Source of the DNA: Eubacteriales bacterium
Lineage (GTDB): Bacteria > Bacillota > Clostridia > Oscillospirales > CAG-272
Length of the DNA stretch: 64,000 nucleotides
Assembly (NCBI GenBank): GCA_041655935.1
Contig: JBBAEK010000003.1
Coordinates: 45,030 to 109,029, forward strand
Direction: 5' to 3'
Shown here: positions 29,506 to 38,406 of the stretch, piece after piece
Layout: every line of letters begins with the position of its first letter
How positions within the stretch are numbered: the stretch's first letter is position 1
Translations under genes and position numbers: made by a program
Notes under the pieces: generated by a model
Seen by the model: only the letters and a program-made list of their open reading frames with translations
What the model was told of the DNA's origin: nothing
The model's database searches: none

Positions 29506-30066
29506 CTATGGCACAGGGGGGGCGGTGCGCGCCCTCGCCTCCGCCATTTTGAAGCGGGTGTGCAGGTCGCGGTGGATACGATTCCATGTCTCCATATCCA
29601 CGACGCCGCTCGCCTCCATGAGGTACGCCTTCTGCAACTGGCGCACGGCGTCGGCGGTGGTGTACTGGTAGATGCCGCTGATGGGTTGCAGGGGCAAGTC
29701 CGGGTAGTATGTGCGCAGCTCATTCAGCGCGGCGCGCAGGATGATCACCGGATACCCCCGACTGCCCAGCGTCAGTGGGAAGGCACTCTTTGGCACCGTG
29801 GGCTGCGCGCTCATGAGCCGCCTCTCCTTGCATTCCGCATACCTTTGATACAGACGCTGCCAGGTGTGGTAATCCACCTCGCCTGTCTGCGGCAAATGTT
29901 CGAGCAACTGAAAGCAGCGTACCGCCTCTCGGGTTTCTTCCCCATAGATGCCGTCGGGGTAGAGGACGGGGATGCGCTCGCTCTCGCAATGCAGTTCGTA
30001 GAGGAATTCCTGCACCAGACAGACGGCGTTGGCGGGGTCAAGGATATCATAAAACTGTTCGTGCAT
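29506..30066 (-). CDS. Peptidoglycan-binding protein (two PG_binding_1-like repeats, no signal peptide)
   Basis: Repeats ...DGIYGEETREAVRCFQ...GEVDYHTWQRL and ...SGIYQYTTADAVRQLQ...GVVDMETWNRI. Confidence 0.72.
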   Translation of the reverse strand: MHEQFYDILDPANAVCLVQEFLYELHCESERIPVLYPDGIYGEETREAVRCFQLLEHLPQTGEVDYHTWQRLYQRYAECKERRLMSAQPTVPKSAFPLTLGSRGYPVIILRAALNELRTYYPDLPLQPISGIYQYTTADAVRQLQKAYLMEASGVVDMETWNRIHRDLHTRFKMAEARARTAPPVP

Positions 30067-30077
30067 CTCACACCTCC

Positions 30078-31475
30078 TTAAGAGATGGTATTGCCGGGGA
30101 ATTGGCCGGTGGATGCCTGGCTGCCCCGGAACAAATCGTCATAAATTCTGGTCAGCGAATGCCACAGCGCCGCATCCACCACCCCCGGCGTGCCCGCCAG
30201 CCCAAACGTGTTCTGAAAGGCCTCCACCGCGCCCTGCGTCTGGTTGCCAAAGTAACCGGTGGCGGGAATGGTGGGAATCTCGGGGTAAATGCGCGCGATG
30301 TAGTTCAGGTAATTTTGCAGCAGCAGGACATCCGCTCCTTCCATGCCAAACCGCAGCACATTGCCCGGAAAGGGCACCACCACGCCCTCCCGATACGCCA
30401 GAGGAACGGTGGTCAGCAGACTCAGATATACCTGGTAGATTCTGTCCCAGGTCGCCTCATTGACCACGCCTGTGACAGGCAGTCCGTACAAAGCCTGAAA
30501 ATCCTTGACGCTCTGGGTGGTGTTCGGGCCAAAAGAACCGTCAATGTCAAGGGGACGAACGGCGGACAGAAACTGTGCAATGTAGGACAGGTAGTATTGC
30601 AGCACGATCACATCCAAGCCCGCGTCACCCTCCCGCAGTGTTCTGGTGAACTGGCGGGGCAAGTCCTCAATCAGCAGTCCCTCGGAGCCCAGATCCCCGA
30701 GCCGTTTGACCGCGTTATAGATATAGAGGATGCGGTACCAGGTCGCATCGCCGACAATGCCGTCCGGAGTCAGCCCGAAAATCTCCTGAAAGGCAGTGAC
30801 CGCCGCCTTGGTGGCAGGGCCATAGAGGCCGTCCACGGGATTGATTTTCGGGATGGCGGGGTAGTTGTTGGAGATGCGGTTTAAGCGAATTTGCACCGTG
30901 CGCACCGGGTCTCCCCGGCTGCCGACGGTCAGCGGGGCGATGGGCGTGGACTCCAGCAGCCCCTGCACCGGCGCATCTCTGACCAGCTCGATGTTGTCTC
31001 CGTAATATCGTGTCAGAATATCATAGGGCCCCAGCCCCTGGTTTGCCAGCTCGGTGGTGCCCCACTGGGAGAGCCCTTCGCATGCCACCTCTACCCCGTC
31101 GCAATACAGGGCAAACAAAGGCTCGACAAATTGCTGCCGCTTGATGTAGTCCGAAAAAATTTCGTCCACGATCTGAGAGATGTTATCGTAAATCTGACGC
31201 CCATGCACATACGCCTGGTCAATGCTGGTGTCATTGGTGATTTGAAAGGGGTACCCTTGGCTGGTGTAAAACTCGGTATACACCCGGTTGAGCGCCACGG
31301 AATTTTGCGCTAAAATATTGGCGCGGATGGCAGCCTCCGGCCAGGTCGGAAAGATCTCGCTGGAGGCGACATTCTTGATATAGTCAATGTAGGGGATGGT
31401 GACATTCGGCGCGTCGCTGTCCGGCGGGCCTAAATGAACGGTGATAAATTCCGGAATGTACGGTAAAGCCGGCAT
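30078..31475 (-). CDS. SpoIID/LytB-like domain protein with three C-terminal PG_binding_1 repeats (no signal peptide)
   Basis: The N-terminal half resembles SpoIID (VASSEIFPTWPEAAIRANILAQNSVALNRVY ... GLSQWGTTELANQGLGPYDILTRYYG). Three repeats of G..G..V..LQ..L..I...DG.FG..T..AV..FQ..FGL...G.V....W..I follow. Confidence 0.72.
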   Translation of the reverse strand: MPALPYIPEFITVHLGPPDSDAPNVTIPYIDYIKNVASSEIFPTWPEAAIRANILAQNSVALNRVYTEFYTSQGYPFQITNDTSIDQAYVHGRQIYDNISQIVDEIFSDYIKRQQFVEPLFALYCDGVEVACEGLSQWGTTELANQGLGPYDILTRYYGDNIELVRDAPVQGLLESTPIAPLTVGSRGDPVRTVQIRLNRISNNYPAIPKINPVDGLYGPATKAAVTAFQEIFGLTPDGIVGDATWYRILYIYNAVKRLGDLGSEGLLIEDLPRQFTRTLREGDAGLDVIVLQYYLSYIAQFLSAVRPLDIDGSFGPNTTQSVKDFQALYGLPVTGVVNEATWDRIYQVYLSLLTTVPLAYREGVVVPFPGNVLRFGMEGADVLLLQNYLNYIARIYPEIPTIPATGYFGNQTQGAVEAFQNTFGLAGTPGVVDAALWHSLTRIYDDLFRGSQASTGQFPGNTIS

Positions 31476-31535
31476 AATTTCGCCCTCGCTCTTCGGTATA
31501 ACTGACGTCAGGAGATAGACCGTCTCTTTCTTTTG

Positions 31536-31922
31536 TCACGACCCCGGTTCAAATACTTCGGTGGGGACCATGTTGGCGAACTGAATGGAGGTGATGTCAC
31601 TGAACACCGGAATGTCAATTTTTTCTTCCAAGCGGTAGCCTTCCTTGAAGATGGACACATTGTATTTGGCATAGGGAGAGGGGTTCCCGGGCGTCAAAGA
31701 CAGCTCCTTGGGGGGTGTCGGCAGGGGAATTTTATCGGTTTTCCCGCTTTGGTCGGTTCTGAGGACGAGGTGGATATCCGAGTTTTGTGGGTCAACACCG
31801 TTAATGGTGACAACCGCGTCGATGACAGGGAACGCCCCTCCTGCCGATACGGCCTGCACAATCATGAAACCGGTGCTGTTGTAAGGCTGCAATTGATTCA
31901 CAAGTGATGCTCTCCTTTTCAT
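31536..31922 (-). CDS. Small beta-sandwich protein (carboxypeptidase-regulatory-like domain)
   Basis: Pattern GFMIVQAVSAGGAFPVIDAVVTING...TDQSGKTDKIPLP...YNVSIFKEGY resembles CarboxypepD_reg. First gene of the 3-gene cluster. Confidence 0.45.
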   Translation of the reverse strand: MKRRASLVNQLQPYNSTGFMIVQAVSAGGAFPVIDAVVTINGVDPQNSDIHLVLRTDQSGKTDKIPLPTPPKELSLTPGNPSPYAKYNVSIFKEGYRLEEKIDIPVFSDITSIQFANMVPTEVFEPGS

Positions 31923-32022
31923 GTGGTGTGGGATGGCAGAAAGGCACAGTACATCCTATGACGCTCCGCTCAAATTGATACCTGTCGAGGGGGCCGGCGA
32001 CAGCTTTTTGTCCTCCTTGCTC

Positions 32023-32050
32023 TTGACTTCTCGGACGGGTGTGCTATAAT
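32023..32050 (+). promoter_or_regulatory. Sigma-A promoter (extended -10) of thuA-prs
   Basis: TTGACT (32023-32028), 16 nt, TGCTATAAT (32042-32050). Confidence 0.5.
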
Positions 32051-32082
32051 AGAAGTGCAAGCTGGGGATAGAGGTGGTTTTG

Positions 32083-32811
32083 ATGAAAATCAGGGTGACA
32101 ATCTGGAATGAGTTTCTCCACGAGCAACGAGCCCCGGAAGTGAAGGCCCTGTACCCAAGCGGCATTCACGGGTACCTGCAGTCGGTTTTGGCAGACTGTC
32201 CGGACATGGAAGTGCGCCTGGCCGATTTGAGCGAGCCGGACTGCGGACTGCCTGAGGAAGTACTCGCCGCAACCGATGTCCTGCTCTGGTGGGGACATAT
32301 GGCACACCAGCAAGTGTCTGATACGGTGGTCGAGCGGGTGCGTGCCAGGGTGCTGGCAGGCATGGGCTTTCTTCCGCTCCACTCGGCTCACCACAGCAAA
32401 CCCTTCCGACAGATTGTCGGCGCCACCGGCAACCTCCGCTGGGGCAGAGAGCAACGGGCGATTGTGTGGAACCTGATGCCCTCCCACCCCATCGCCGCCG
32501 GCATCCCTTCCCACTTTGAGCTGTTCGAGGAAATGTACGGGGAGCCGTTTTTCATCCCCCCACCCGACGAGCTGATTTTCGCCACCTGGTTTGAGGACGG
32601 AAACCTGCTCCGGGGCGGGGCGACTTTTCGTCGGGGGCTGGGGCGCATTTTCTACTTCCATCCCGGCCATGAAAGCTGCCGTTCCTTCTTTGACCCTCAT
32701 GTGCAGCAGATTATCAAAAACGGCATCCGTTGGGCTGCCCCTACCCGCATGGGCGCGGACATTCAGGATCTGTGTATTCATCAGAAAACACCGGTAGTAC
32801 AAAATCAATGA
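32083..32811 (+). CDS. ThuA-domain (trehalose-utilisation-like, class I glutamine amidotransferase-like fold) protein
   Basis: MKIRVTIWNEF.HE...DVLLWWGHMAH..V...HSAHHSKPF...YGEPF.IP...FYFHPGHE, the ThuA family pattern. ATG 32083 with GAGGTGG RBS. Confidence 0.8.
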   Translation: MKIRVTIWNEFLHEQRAPEVKALYPSGIHGYLQSVLADCPDMEVRLADLSEPDCGLPEEVLAATDVLLWWGHMAHQQVSDTVVERVRARVLAGMGFLPLHSAHHSKPFRQIVGATGNLRWGREQRAIVWNLMPSHPIAAGIPSHFELFEEMYGEPFFIPPPDELIFATWFEDGNLLRGGATFRRGLGRIFYFHPGHESCRSFFDPHVQQIIKNGIRWAAPTRMGADIQDLCIHQKTPVVQNQ

Positions 32812-32826
32812 AGCAGGGAGAAAAAC

Positions 32827-33951
32827 ATGAGCGCAGAGATTTTTGGAGAACTCAGTGTCATCGGTATGCAGGGTTGCGAAGATTTTGTCTCGCAAGTGGA
32901 CGCCTTCTTACAGGAATGGCGCCGCCATAACAGCGATGGAACCTTTATCTCCGACGCGGCGTGCCCCCGGTTCGGCACCGGCGAGGCGAAGGGGATCCTC
33001 CGCGACTCCCAGCGCGGCAAGGACATTTACATTATCTGCGACTGCTTTAACCACGGGGTCACGTACAACATGTACGGCAAGACCGTGCCCATGAGTCCTG
33101 ACGACCACTTCCAGGATCTGAAGCGCATTATCGGCGCCATTGCCGGCAAGGCGCGGCGAATTTCGGTCATTATGCCCATGTTATACGAGGGCAGACAACA
33201 CAAACGCTCGGGCAGAGAGTCGCTGGACTGCGCCCTCGCCCTGCAGGAACTGATGAATATGGGCGTCGCCAACCTGCTCACCTTTGACGCCCACGACCCC
33301 CGCGTACAGAACGCCATCCCGCTGGGCGGCTTTGACAACTGCCGGTCCAGCTATCAGATGCTCAAGGCCATGGTACGCGAGTACCCGGATATCAAAATCG
33401 AGCCCGACGAGATGGTCATCATCTCCCCCGACGAGGGCGGTATGAGCAAGTGTATGTACTACTCATCCATCTTGGGACTCGACCTCGGCATGTTCTACAA
33501 GCGCCGCAACTATTCGGTGATTATCAACGGCAAGAACCCCATTGAGGCGCACGAGTACTTGGGCAGAGATGTCAAGGGGAAAGATGTGGTCGTGGTGGAC
33601 GACATGATCTCCTCCGGCGACTCGATTCTGGACGTGGCACAGCAACTCAAGGAGAAGGGTGCCCGCCGTATTTTCGTCTTTGCCACTTTCGGCCTGTTCT
33701 GCAATGGGCTTGACAATATGGACAAGGCGTTTGCCGACGGCATCATCACCCGCATTTTCACCACCAACCTGATTTACCGCACCCCCGAGCTACTCTCACG
33801 GGAATGGTATGTCGAGGTCAACATGTGCAAGTTTGTCGCCTACATCATCGACACCCTGAACCATGACCAGACCACCAGCGGGCTGTTAGACCAGTCCAAA
33901 CGCATCCGCAAGCTGCTCACCGAACACCGAGCCAAACAGCAAGCGAAATAA
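32827..33951 (+). CDS. prs: Ribose-phosphate pyrophosphokinase family protein (long form)
   Basis: Prs core motifs MPMLYEGRQHKR, TFDAHDPRVQN, PRPP-binding loop VVVVDDMISSGDS. Has N- and C-terminal extensions relative to classical Prs. Confidence 0.82.
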   Translation: MSAEIFGELSVIGMQGCEDFVSQVDAFLQEWRRHNSDGTFISDAACPRFGTGEAKGILRDSQRGKDIYIICDCFNHGVTYNMYGKTVPMSPDDHFQDLKRIIGAIAGKARRISVIMPMLYEGRQHKRSGRESLDCALALQELMNMGVANLLTFDAHDPRVQNAIPLGGFDNCRSSYQMLKAMVREYPDIKIEPDEMVIISPDEGGMSKCMYYSSILGLDLGMFYKRRNYSVIINGKNPIEAHEYLGRDVKGKDVVVVDDMISSGDSILDVAQQLKEKGARRIFVFATFGLFCNGLDNMDKAFADGIITRIFTTNLIYRTPELLSREWYVEVNMCKFVAYIIDTLNHDQTTSGLLDQSKRIRKLLTEHRAKQQAK

Positions 33952-33987
33952 CGGGCGAGTCGCTGTCGCCTGCAACACTGCGTGAAA

Positions 33988-34024
33988 ACTCCCCTTGCGC
34001 CGCTGCGGCGCAAGGGGAGTTTTC
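33988..34024 (+). terminator. Rho-independent terminator after prs
   Basis: 15-bp perfect stem 33988-34002 / 34006-34020, followed by TTTC. Confidence 0.6.
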
Positions 34025-34099
34025 TGTGGACGGGCACCAGGCATCACCACGCTTGCACTGCCGCGGCGCATCCGCACGGCCACAGGGCACGGTGAAGTC

Positions 34100-34789
34100 T
34101 TAAATCAGAATTTCAAACTTATACCCCACACCCCAGACGGTCTTCAGGGTCCATTTGTTGGAGGCCCCCTCCAGCTTTTCACGCAGACGCTTGACATGCA
34201 CATCCACGGTTCTCGAGTCCCCTAAGTAGTCAAAGCCCCAGACCTTGTCCAGCAACTGGTCGCGGGTGAAAACGCGGTTGCAGTTGGAGGCTAAAAAATA
34301 GAGTAGCTCCAGCTCTTTGGGCGGGATGTCCACCGGCTTGCCTTTGAGCTTCAGCTCGTACTTTTGCAGGCTGATTTCAATGTTCTCAAACTTCACTACC
34401 TCGTTGTCATTGCTCTTGCTGTGCGCATGATAGCGGCGCAGGACCGCCTTGATGCGGGCGGACAGCTCCTTCATGTCAAAGGGCTTGACGATGAAGTCGT
34501 CTGCCCCGAGTTCCAGCCCCAGCACCTTGTCAAAAACCTCGCCCTTCGCGGTGATCATGATGACTGGTTTGGGGGAGATTTCCCGGATTTCCCGGCAGAC
34601 CTGCCAGCCGTCCTTCTTAGGCATCATAATGTCCAGCAGGACCAAATCGGGCTCATAGATTTTGAAAAAGTGGACCCCCTCGGCCCCATCAGCGGCGGTG
34701 ATGACCTTGTAGCCCTTGTTATCAAAATAAATGCGCAGCAACTCACAAATGTTGGGGTCGTCGTCTACCACCAGCAGTTTGGTATCCAT
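34100..34789 (-). CDS. OmpR/PhoB-family response regulator (no cognate kinase adjacent)
   Basis: Receiver LLVVDDD...LVLLDIMMP.KDG...ITAKG. Winged-helix output domain (RTVDVHVKRLREKL...WGVGYKF). True ATG at 34789 (GAGGTGG RBS); the listed ORF is 59 codons too long. Confidence 0.9.
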   Translation of the reverse strand: MDTKLLVVDDDPNICELLRIYFDNKGYKVITAADGAEGVHFFKIYEPDLVLLDIMMPKKDGWQVCREIREISPKPVIMITAKGEVFDKVLGLELGADDFIVKPFDMKELSARIKAVLRRYHAHSKSNDNEVVKFENIEISLQKYELKLKGKPVDIPPKELELLYFLASNCNRVFTRDQLLDKVWGFDYLGDSRTVDVHVKRLREKLEGASNKWTLKTVWGVGYKFEILI

Positions 34790-34933
34790 ATGCGCCACCT
34801 CACTTTCTTGATTTTCTTTAATTGTGAAATTTGTTATTTTATAAACTATGTTCATTATATACCCATTTCGGCACAAAGTCAAGTCTTTTTTTGCAAATCG
34901 GAGCATGATTTCCTGCAACTTTTGCTGTGTCAA

Positions 34934-34962
34934 TTGACAATCCCCTGAAATCTTGGTATAAT
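34934..34962 (+). promoter_or_regulatory. Sigma-A promoter (extended -10) of asnA
   Basis: TTGACA (34934-34939), 17 nt, TGGTATAAT (34954-34962). Confidence 0.6.
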
Positions 34963-35008
34963 CCATACAAACCCAGGCACCCGCAAGCGGTGCAGCTTAG
35001 GAGAGCAT

Positions 35009-36016
35009 ATGCAGGGACTGATTATACCGGACGGGTACCGTTCAACATTGCCGCTCAGAGAGACGCAAAAGGCGATCAAGCTCATCAAGGATACCGTACA
35101 ACACCAGTTGGCGGAGGCGCTGCACCTTGACCGCATCACCGCCCCCATTGTGGTACATGCCAACAGCGGCATCAACGACGACCTGAACGGCGTGGAGCGC
35201 AAGGTGTCCTTTTCAGTGCGGGCGCTGGGCAGTGACGCCGAGATTGTGCAGTCGCTGGCCAAGTGGAAGCGGCAGGCGCTGTGGCGGTACGGCTACCGGG
35301 CGGGCGAGGGCATTTACACCGATATGAACGCCATCCGCCGCGACGACGACATGGACAACCTGCATTCTGTTTTTGTTGACCAGTGGGACTGGGAGCTGGT
35401 GATTGAAGCACACCAGCGCACCCCCGAATTCCTGCAGGGGGTGGTCCAGCAGATTGTCTCCGCCTTTGTCCGCACACAGCAGCAACTGCAGGCGGCGTAT
35501 CCCGTCCTGACACATACGCTGAAAGAGCCGGTCTACTTCATCACCTCGCAGGAGTTAGAGGACGCCTACCCCGACCTCTCTCCCAAAGAGCGGGAGCATG
35601 AGATCACGCGCCTGCATCGCACGGTGTTTATCCGGCAAATCGGCGCCCCGCTCAAAAGCGGCATCCCGCACGACGGCAGAGCACCGGACTATGACGACTG
35701 GGCGCTCAACGGCGATATTTTGTTCTGGAGTGAGGTGCTGCAGCAACCCATGGAAATCAGTTCCATGGGCATTCGGGTAGACAGCCGCTCGCTCGAGGCG
35801 CAGCTGCGTGCCAGAGGGTGCGAGGATCGCTTGCGGTACGACTATCATCGCGGGATCCTCGAAGGTGCACTCCCGCTCACCATCGGCGGCGGCATCGGTC
35901 AGTCCCGCCTCTGCATGTTGCTCCTCCAAAAGGCGCATATCGGCGAGGTCCAGGTATCGGTCTGGGATAAGGAAATGGTCAACCTGTGCAAACAGCACAA
36001 CATCTTTATTCTGTAA
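35009..36016 (+). CDS. asnA: Aspartate--ammonia ligase (asparagine synthetase A)
   Basis: Class II aaRS-like AsnA pattern: TQKAIKLIKD...RITAPIVV...GINDDLNGVERKVSF...DQWDWE...GGGIGQSRLCMLLL. Confidence 0.9.
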   Translation: MQGLIIPDGYRSTLPLRETQKAIKLIKDTVQHQLAEALHLDRITAPIVVHANSGINDDLNGVERKVSFSVRALGSDAEIVQSLAKWKRQALWRYGYRAGEGIYTDMNAIRRDDDMDNLHSVFVDQWDWELVIEAHQRTPEFLQGVVQQIVSAFVRTQQQLQAAYPVLTHTLKEPVYFITSQELEDAYPDLSPKEREHEITRLHRTVFIRQIGAPLKSGIPHDGRAPDYDDWALNGDILFWSEVLQQPMEISSMGIRVDSRSLEAQLRARGCEDRLRYDYHRGILEGALPLTIGGGIGQSRLCMLLLQKAHIGEVQVSVWDKEMVNLCKQHNIFIL

Positions 36017-36044
36017 CATCCCCCACGCTCGTAAAGAAAAGGGA

Positions 36045-36088
36045 TTGGGCACTGTATGCCTCACGGCATACAGTGCCCAAGTTGTTTT
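36045..36088 (+). terminator. Rho-independent terminator after asnA
   Basis: 16-bp perfect stem 36045-36060 / 36065-36080, then GTTGTTTT. Confidence 0.65.
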
Positions 36089-36179
36089 GATCGAATACGC
36101 TGAATCAACGGTGAGGATGTACCCATCATCCCTGCCATATGCGGCGGCGATTGCCGGCGGCAGACGGCGGGTGTTCCCT

Positions 36180-37133
36180 TCAGTCAACAAAGAGGACGCA
36201 CAGGGGCGCGGGCGCTTTGAGGGTTTGAGCGGTCCCGGTGATACGGCCGTCCGCAAGGGTGAAGGCGGTGATGTTATCGCTTTTTTCATTGGTACACAAA
36301 AGCAGCCTGCCACTTAGGTGAAAGTCCCGGGGCGAGTCGCCCCCGCAGGGGTGCTTTTGCAGCAGTTGCAGAGCGGCTTGGCGCACCCGGTACACATACA
36401 GGGCGTTTTCTTCCCGCACGCTGACATACAAATACCGTCCGTCCTCCGAGCGCCGGATGGCGGCGCCGTTCGCCCGTGGGTGCGTACAGGGCACTGTCTC
36501 GGTGAGAAGATGAGAAAGCCCGCCCGCCTCGTAGCGAAAAACGCTGACAGAGGGAACCAGTTCATTCACCGCATAGACATACTCCCCGCCAGCCGAAAAG
36601 ACAAAGTGCCGTATCCCATAGCCTGCAGGGACCTTGGCCGAGCCTTTGACATGCATCTCGCGGTCAAGGACATAAAGCGTATCGGTGCCAAGGTCGGTGG
36701 CAAGCACATAGGCGCCGTCGGGGCTGAAGCCGACACAGTGCGTATGGGGTGCCTCCTGCCTGTCGGGACGACAGCCCTGCCCGCTCAGGCGCAGCTCTTG
36801 GCTCTCCCCCCGCACGATATTGCCGCTGAGGTAGTTGACAATGTAGCGCTCGCCGCTTTGCACCGCCAGGTGGCAGGCGACCTGTCCCTTAGTGGAGCGC
36901 AGTGCGGAGGGGTTCCGAAACGCAGGGTCTACCGTGAACACGCCGCTGTCGGCCGAGCCGGCGAAGGGGGCGTTCAGCAGTACATGCAGCAAGCCCTCCG
37001 CGTACACGGCATACATGGGCTCCGGGCAAGGAAAGTATCCTGTCTCCTGCAACTGTCCGGTCGGTAAAAGGGTGTACCGATAAAGTCCCCCGCCCGCAGC
37101 CACCGGGGCGCAGGCTGATACAAAAATATCCAT
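36180..37133 (-). CDS. Lactonase-like 7-bladed beta-propeller protein (6-phosphogluconolactonase/YbhE family)
   Basis: Repeated blade-like segments (P.H..FSPDG.Y.....DLGTD.L.VY..., RHFVFS..G.YVY..NEL...V.VF). Family call is by pattern only. Confidence 0.55.
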   Translation of the reverse strand: MDIFVSACAPVAAGGGLYRYTLLPTGQLQETGYFPCPEPMYAVYAEGLLHVLLNAPFAGSADSGVFTVDPAFRNPSALRSTKGQVACHLAVQSGERYIVNYLSGNIVRGESQELRLSGQGCRPDRQEAPHTHCVGFSPDGAYVLATDLGTDTLYVLDREMHVKGSAKVPAGYGIRHFVFSAGGEYVYAVNELVPSVSVFRYEAGGLSHLLTETVPCTHPRANGAAIRRSEDGRYLYVSVREENALYVYRVRQAALQLLQKHPCGGDSPRDFHLSGRLLLCTNEKSDNITAFTLADGRITGTAQTLKAPAPLCVLFVD

Positions 37134-37204
37134 GCTTGATTCCTTTGCGGCATTTTTCCTGCCGCTTTCCGGCCTTGCCGTGTGTGGGCACCCCGTTTAT
37201 GTGA

Positions 37205-37450
37205 TTATTTGCAGATTAACTTCACGCCCTCCACGGCCACCACGGTGACCATATCCCCCGGCTCGAAAGTAAGCCCTTCCGAGACCGAACGGGCAGCCCA
37301 CTCCTGCCCCCGAATTTTCACCGCGCCGCAGCCGGACAGGTTGTCAATCCGCTCGCTGACCGTCACCCGCTCGCCGACAATGGCTTCCACGCCGGTACCG
37401 GCGTGTTTCGGGCGGAAAAGACCGGTCAGACGAAGTAATATATTTCGCAT
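37205..37450 (-). CDS. NfeD-like OB-fold domain protein (soluble C-terminal domain only)
   Basis: GERVTV...GAVKIRGQEWAARS...FEPGDMVTVVAVEGVKL matches the NfeD C-terminal domain pattern. ATG 37450 chosen; the upstream extension in the track looks spurious. Confidence 0.45.
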   Translation of the reverse strand: MRNILLRLTGLFRPKHAGTGVEAIVGERVTVSERIDNLSGCGAVKIRGQEWAARSVSEGLTFEPGDMVTVVAVEGVKLICK

Positions 37451-37599
37451 AGTCGCACCTTTTGTCGTGTATGTTTTGCTCATTATAGCATGAAATAAAA
37501 ACAATGTAAAGGACTTAGGGGTAAAAGGGCAGAAAAGTGCATATACATAAACTGTGAGAGTGGACAAACCCGCTGTTTTCACCTTTTTAGCGATTATAC

Positions 37600-37628
37600 T
37601 TGACAAAACGACAGTTTTGAATTAAAAT
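37600..37628 (+). promoter_or_regulatory. Sigma-A promoter of the stand-alone carrier protein gene
   Basis: TTGACA (37600-37605), 17 nt, TAAAAT (37623-37628). Confidence 0.55.
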
Positions 37629-37707
37629 GAATACTTGTAGTGCAAAGCTCGTCCGGTTGCGGATGAGCTGCTGAACAAATCCATCATGTATATTTGGAGG
37701 AATTTCC

Positions 37708-37932
37708 ATGTTTGAAAAGGTAAAAAAATTGTTGATTGACGAGCTGAACGTCGAGCCCGGCAAGGTGACGCTGCAAGCGGAACTCGCAAACGACCTGGGG
37801 GTCAACTCGCTGGAACTGGCGGATTTGATTTTACTTTGTGAGGAAAAATTCAACATCATCATTGACGACGAGGACCTGCACACATTTATCACTGTGGGGG
37901 ATGTCGTCAAGTATCTGGAAAAGGTTGCCTAA
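37708..37932 (+). CDS. Acyl carrier protein-like 4'-phosphopantetheine carrier (stand-alone)
   Basis: 74 aa. DLGVNSLELADLILLCEEKF aligns to the ACP helix II motif DLGADSLD..EL...LEE.F, with the Ser conserved and D replaced by N. GGAGG RBS. Confidence 0.78.
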   Translation: MFEKVKKLLIDELNVEPGKVTLQAELANDLGVNSLELADLILLCEEKFNIIIDDEDLHTFITVGDVVKYLEKVA

Positions 37933-38040
37933 CCCGCACCCTACATAGAGGCGGCGTGACCTACCCTGCCTCTTGCATCGCGACGACAAAAAGAGAACCT
38001 GTGCTCACTCGGTTTGCCGAATCAGCACAGGTTTCGTATA

Positions 38041-38406
38041 CTATAAGCACACCACAACGATGTGTCGGTTGCCGGCATTCCAGTCGGGGTCGGTGCTCAC
38101 AAAGGGAAACTTGTCCTGCACATACCGACTGGCCTCATCCTGTGGTCCGAAGGACTCACCCGGGATGAAAAACTGGATGCGTCCCTCCTTTTTCAGCCGG
38201 CGCAGATACCGGAGCATCGCATTTTGCAGCGACGAACTCCCTGCTCCGCCCTCCGCGGGACATACCATTTTGAGCAAATGGCCGCCGCGGGCGCGGACAG
38301 AAGCAATAAAAAAAGATGTTTGTTTCAGGGCAGATTTGGCAGTGACGCCGCCGGGCGTCCCGTCCGGGGCACTGCCCACAGCCACAGCATACATACGCTC
38401 ATCCAT
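38041..38406 (-). CDS. Hypothetical protein (possible Smr-like domain)
   Basis: AGGAGG RBS 8 nt upstream of ATG 38406. Balanced composition, unlike the overlapping + strand ORFs. Weak resemblance to Smr (GGHLLKMV....GG.GSSSL.NAMLRYL). Confidence 0.5.
   Translation of the reverse strand: MDERMYAVAVGSAPDGTPGGVTAKSALKQTSFFIASVRARGGHLLKMVCPAEGGAGSSSLQNAMLRYLRRLKKEGRIQFFIPGESFGPQDEASRYVQDKFPFVSTDPDWNAGNRHIVVVCL

Noticed and set aside
31923-32022. Sporulation-sigma (E/K/G) promoter upstream of the peptidoglycan-binding cluster
   Set aside because: There is only a partial CATAGGATG -10-like element, with no correctly spaced -35 element. That is insufficient to call.
32044-32895. 283-aa minus-strand ORF
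   Set aside because: Antisense to the ThuA-domain gene and its promoter. No motif and no RBS.
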